Of a stretch of DNA of 64,000 bases, positions 62,644 through 64,000 are shown piece after piece. The stretch's first letter is position 1. Every line of letters starts with the position of its first letter. The translations under genes and the position numbers were made by a program. The DNA is from Sulfolobales archaeon HS-7 (GTDB lineage Archaea > Thermoproteota > Thermoprotei_A > Sulfolobales > Sulfolobaceae): assembly GCA_019704295.1 (NCBI GenBank), contig AP024596.1, positions 512,001-576,000 on the forward strand, written 5' to 3'. The notes beneath the pieces were generated by a model, which made no database searches, was not told the origin of the DNA, and saw nothing but the letters and a program-made list of their open reading frames with translations.

Positions 62644-63596
62644 TGATTTGTGATAAATGCAAAAATAAGAATGCGGTCGTATATCAGCCTCACATCAGAT
62701 CAAACTTGTGCAGAGAATGTTTCATTAATGATATCAGAGAAAGAGTTAAGAACGAGCTAAGGCAGGCAGGAGTAAATAAGAATTCGAAGGTTCTATTAGC
62801 TGTCTCGGGAGGGAAGGACAGTTACGTTCTTATGGATGTGTTGTCGGACTATTTTGAGCCAAGTAATATCATCGCTTTGAACATAACGGAAGGAATAAAC
62901 GGATATAACAGGAGAGAACATGCGGAACAGTTAAAGAGAATTTCAAAGGAGAATGGAGTTGATATTTCCTTTACTAGTTTTAAGGAAGAAATTGGTAAGT
63001 CCTTAGACGAGATAATGGTTAGAAACCAAAGCGTGTCTGCATGTACCTTTTGTGGAGGATTCAGAAGGAAAATAATTAACTCAACGGCTAGGAACGCTTC
63101 TGCAGATTACGTTGCAACGGGGCATAATCTAGATGATGAGGCTCAAACGGTTATTATTAATATTCTTCGCGGCGACCTAATTCGCCTAGTAAGGTTTGGC
63201 GACCTCCCATTGAAAGTTTCAGATAAATTCGTTACCCGGATAAAACCCCTTAGAAAGATTTACGAATGGGAAACTACTATGTACTCTTTTCTGAACGGCT
63301 ATAAGTTTCAGGAAGTGGAATGTCCTTACATATCGAGAAGACCAACCCTAAGAGCCAAAGTAAGAGAATTGCTATATTCCATTGAGGAAGAAGATCCAGG
63401 TGCATTACTTAAAATCGTGGATAATTTCGATAGAATAGCGGAAGGGCTGAGGAAGACTATTAGTCTTGATAGCAATTTACCTACATGTAAAATTTGCGGA
63501 GAGCCTACAAGCTATGGACGTGATATATGTAAGAATTGCGAGCTTTTGCTAGAATCGGGTATATTGCAGGGAGAGTTACTCCGCCTTAATCGATAG
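62643..63596 (+). CDS. tRNA 2-thiolation protein, TtuA/Ncs6 (TIGR00269) family
   Basis: N- and C-terminal zinc fingers, SGGKDS PP-loop, CTFC, TGHNLDD, CPY. Confidence 0.92.
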   Translation: MICDKCKNKNAVVYQPHIRSNLCRECFINDIRERVKNELRQAGVNKNSKVLLAVSGGKDSYVLMDVLSDYFEPSNIIALNITEGINGYNRREHAEQLKRISKENGVDISFTSFKEEIGKSLDEIMVRNQSVSACTFCGGFRRKIINSTARNASADYVATGHNLDDEAQTVIINILRGDLIRLVRFGDLPLKVSDKFVTRIKPLRKIYEWETTMYSFLNGYKFQEVECPYISRRPTLRAKVRELLYSIEEEDPGALLKIVDNFDRIAEGLRKTISLDSNLPTCKICGEPTSYGRDICKNCELLLESGILQGELLRLNR

Positions 63597-64000
63597 CTCC
63601 GAAACAGTTTTTCCCTTTTATGATTAAAATAGCAATATACTCCTCATATCATATTAGTTCCCATATTGGCCAAAATTGCTTATACCTGAGGTTTATGAGT
63701 AGGGAATTAGACCCAGTTCGTAACAACTCCGCGTCAAGCTGTCCTTTTGAAGGAGTTCATACGGGAGACGGTCCCTTCCGCCTGAAGCGTCTGGTAAGAT
63801 AAGAAACCCTACGGGCATAAGCTATTTGTGGAACTTCTCTTAACTATCCGTTTGTTGAAAGGTCCCGCAACCTTAGCTAACATTATGCTCGAAATCCTCC
63901 CAAAACGTTTAAATGCTAAATTTCACTATTAAGTTAAACCTAATTTTAATAGAGTATAAGAAATAGGATAAGGACAATGCCCTTTGATTTGAGCGAATGT

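Noticed and set aside
1-64000. CRISPR array, tRNA or rRNA genes
   Set aside because: no regularly spaced 24-37 nt repeats, cloverleaf/T-loop signatures or long GC-rich rRNA-like tracts seen by eye; tRNAscan-SE and a CRISPR finder would be decisive
63600-64000. 60-aa ORF 63620..63802 or a gene remnant at the right edge
   Set aside because: no motif and no consistent long frame on either strand

Overview
Chromosomal segment (about 40% GC by eye) of a thermoacidophilic archaeon, most likely of the order Sulfolobales. This is inferred from a type-E succinate:quinone reductase with an HdrB-like CCG subunit, a DUF973-type protein, an orthologue of Sulfolobus glucose dehydrogenase 1, TreT/OrfY, and TATA boxes about 25-30 nt upstream of start codons. 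Content is mostly housekeeping and heterotrophic metabolism: pyk, serS, leuS, sdhABC(E), tmcA, a ttuA/ncs6-like gene, hisC, GH31, two GH15 glucoamylase-type enzymes, treT-orfY, rmlABD, gdh, a family-5 ABC importer, ABC-2 exporters and surface glycoproteins. No rRNA, tRNA or CRISPR array was seen, and I cannot support a clear-cut new biological system. The strongest oddities are: (1) a candidate non-autonomous IS200/IS605 element plus a second isolated right end, together bracketing the carboxypeptidase gene; (2) near-identical DNA blocks in repeats 1, 2 and 4 but not 3 of an S-layer-domain gene; (3) an ABC ATPase that seems to need an ACG/ATT start; (4) a transporter split at a T-run inside an AlkP-radical SAM-transporter operon; (5) a catalytically degenerate PduO homologue; (6) several incomplete operons (sdh without its fourth gene, lone hisC, rml without rmlC, displaced dppC); (7) a structured sRNA candidate. 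Family calls come from motifs and remembered family features; no searches were run.
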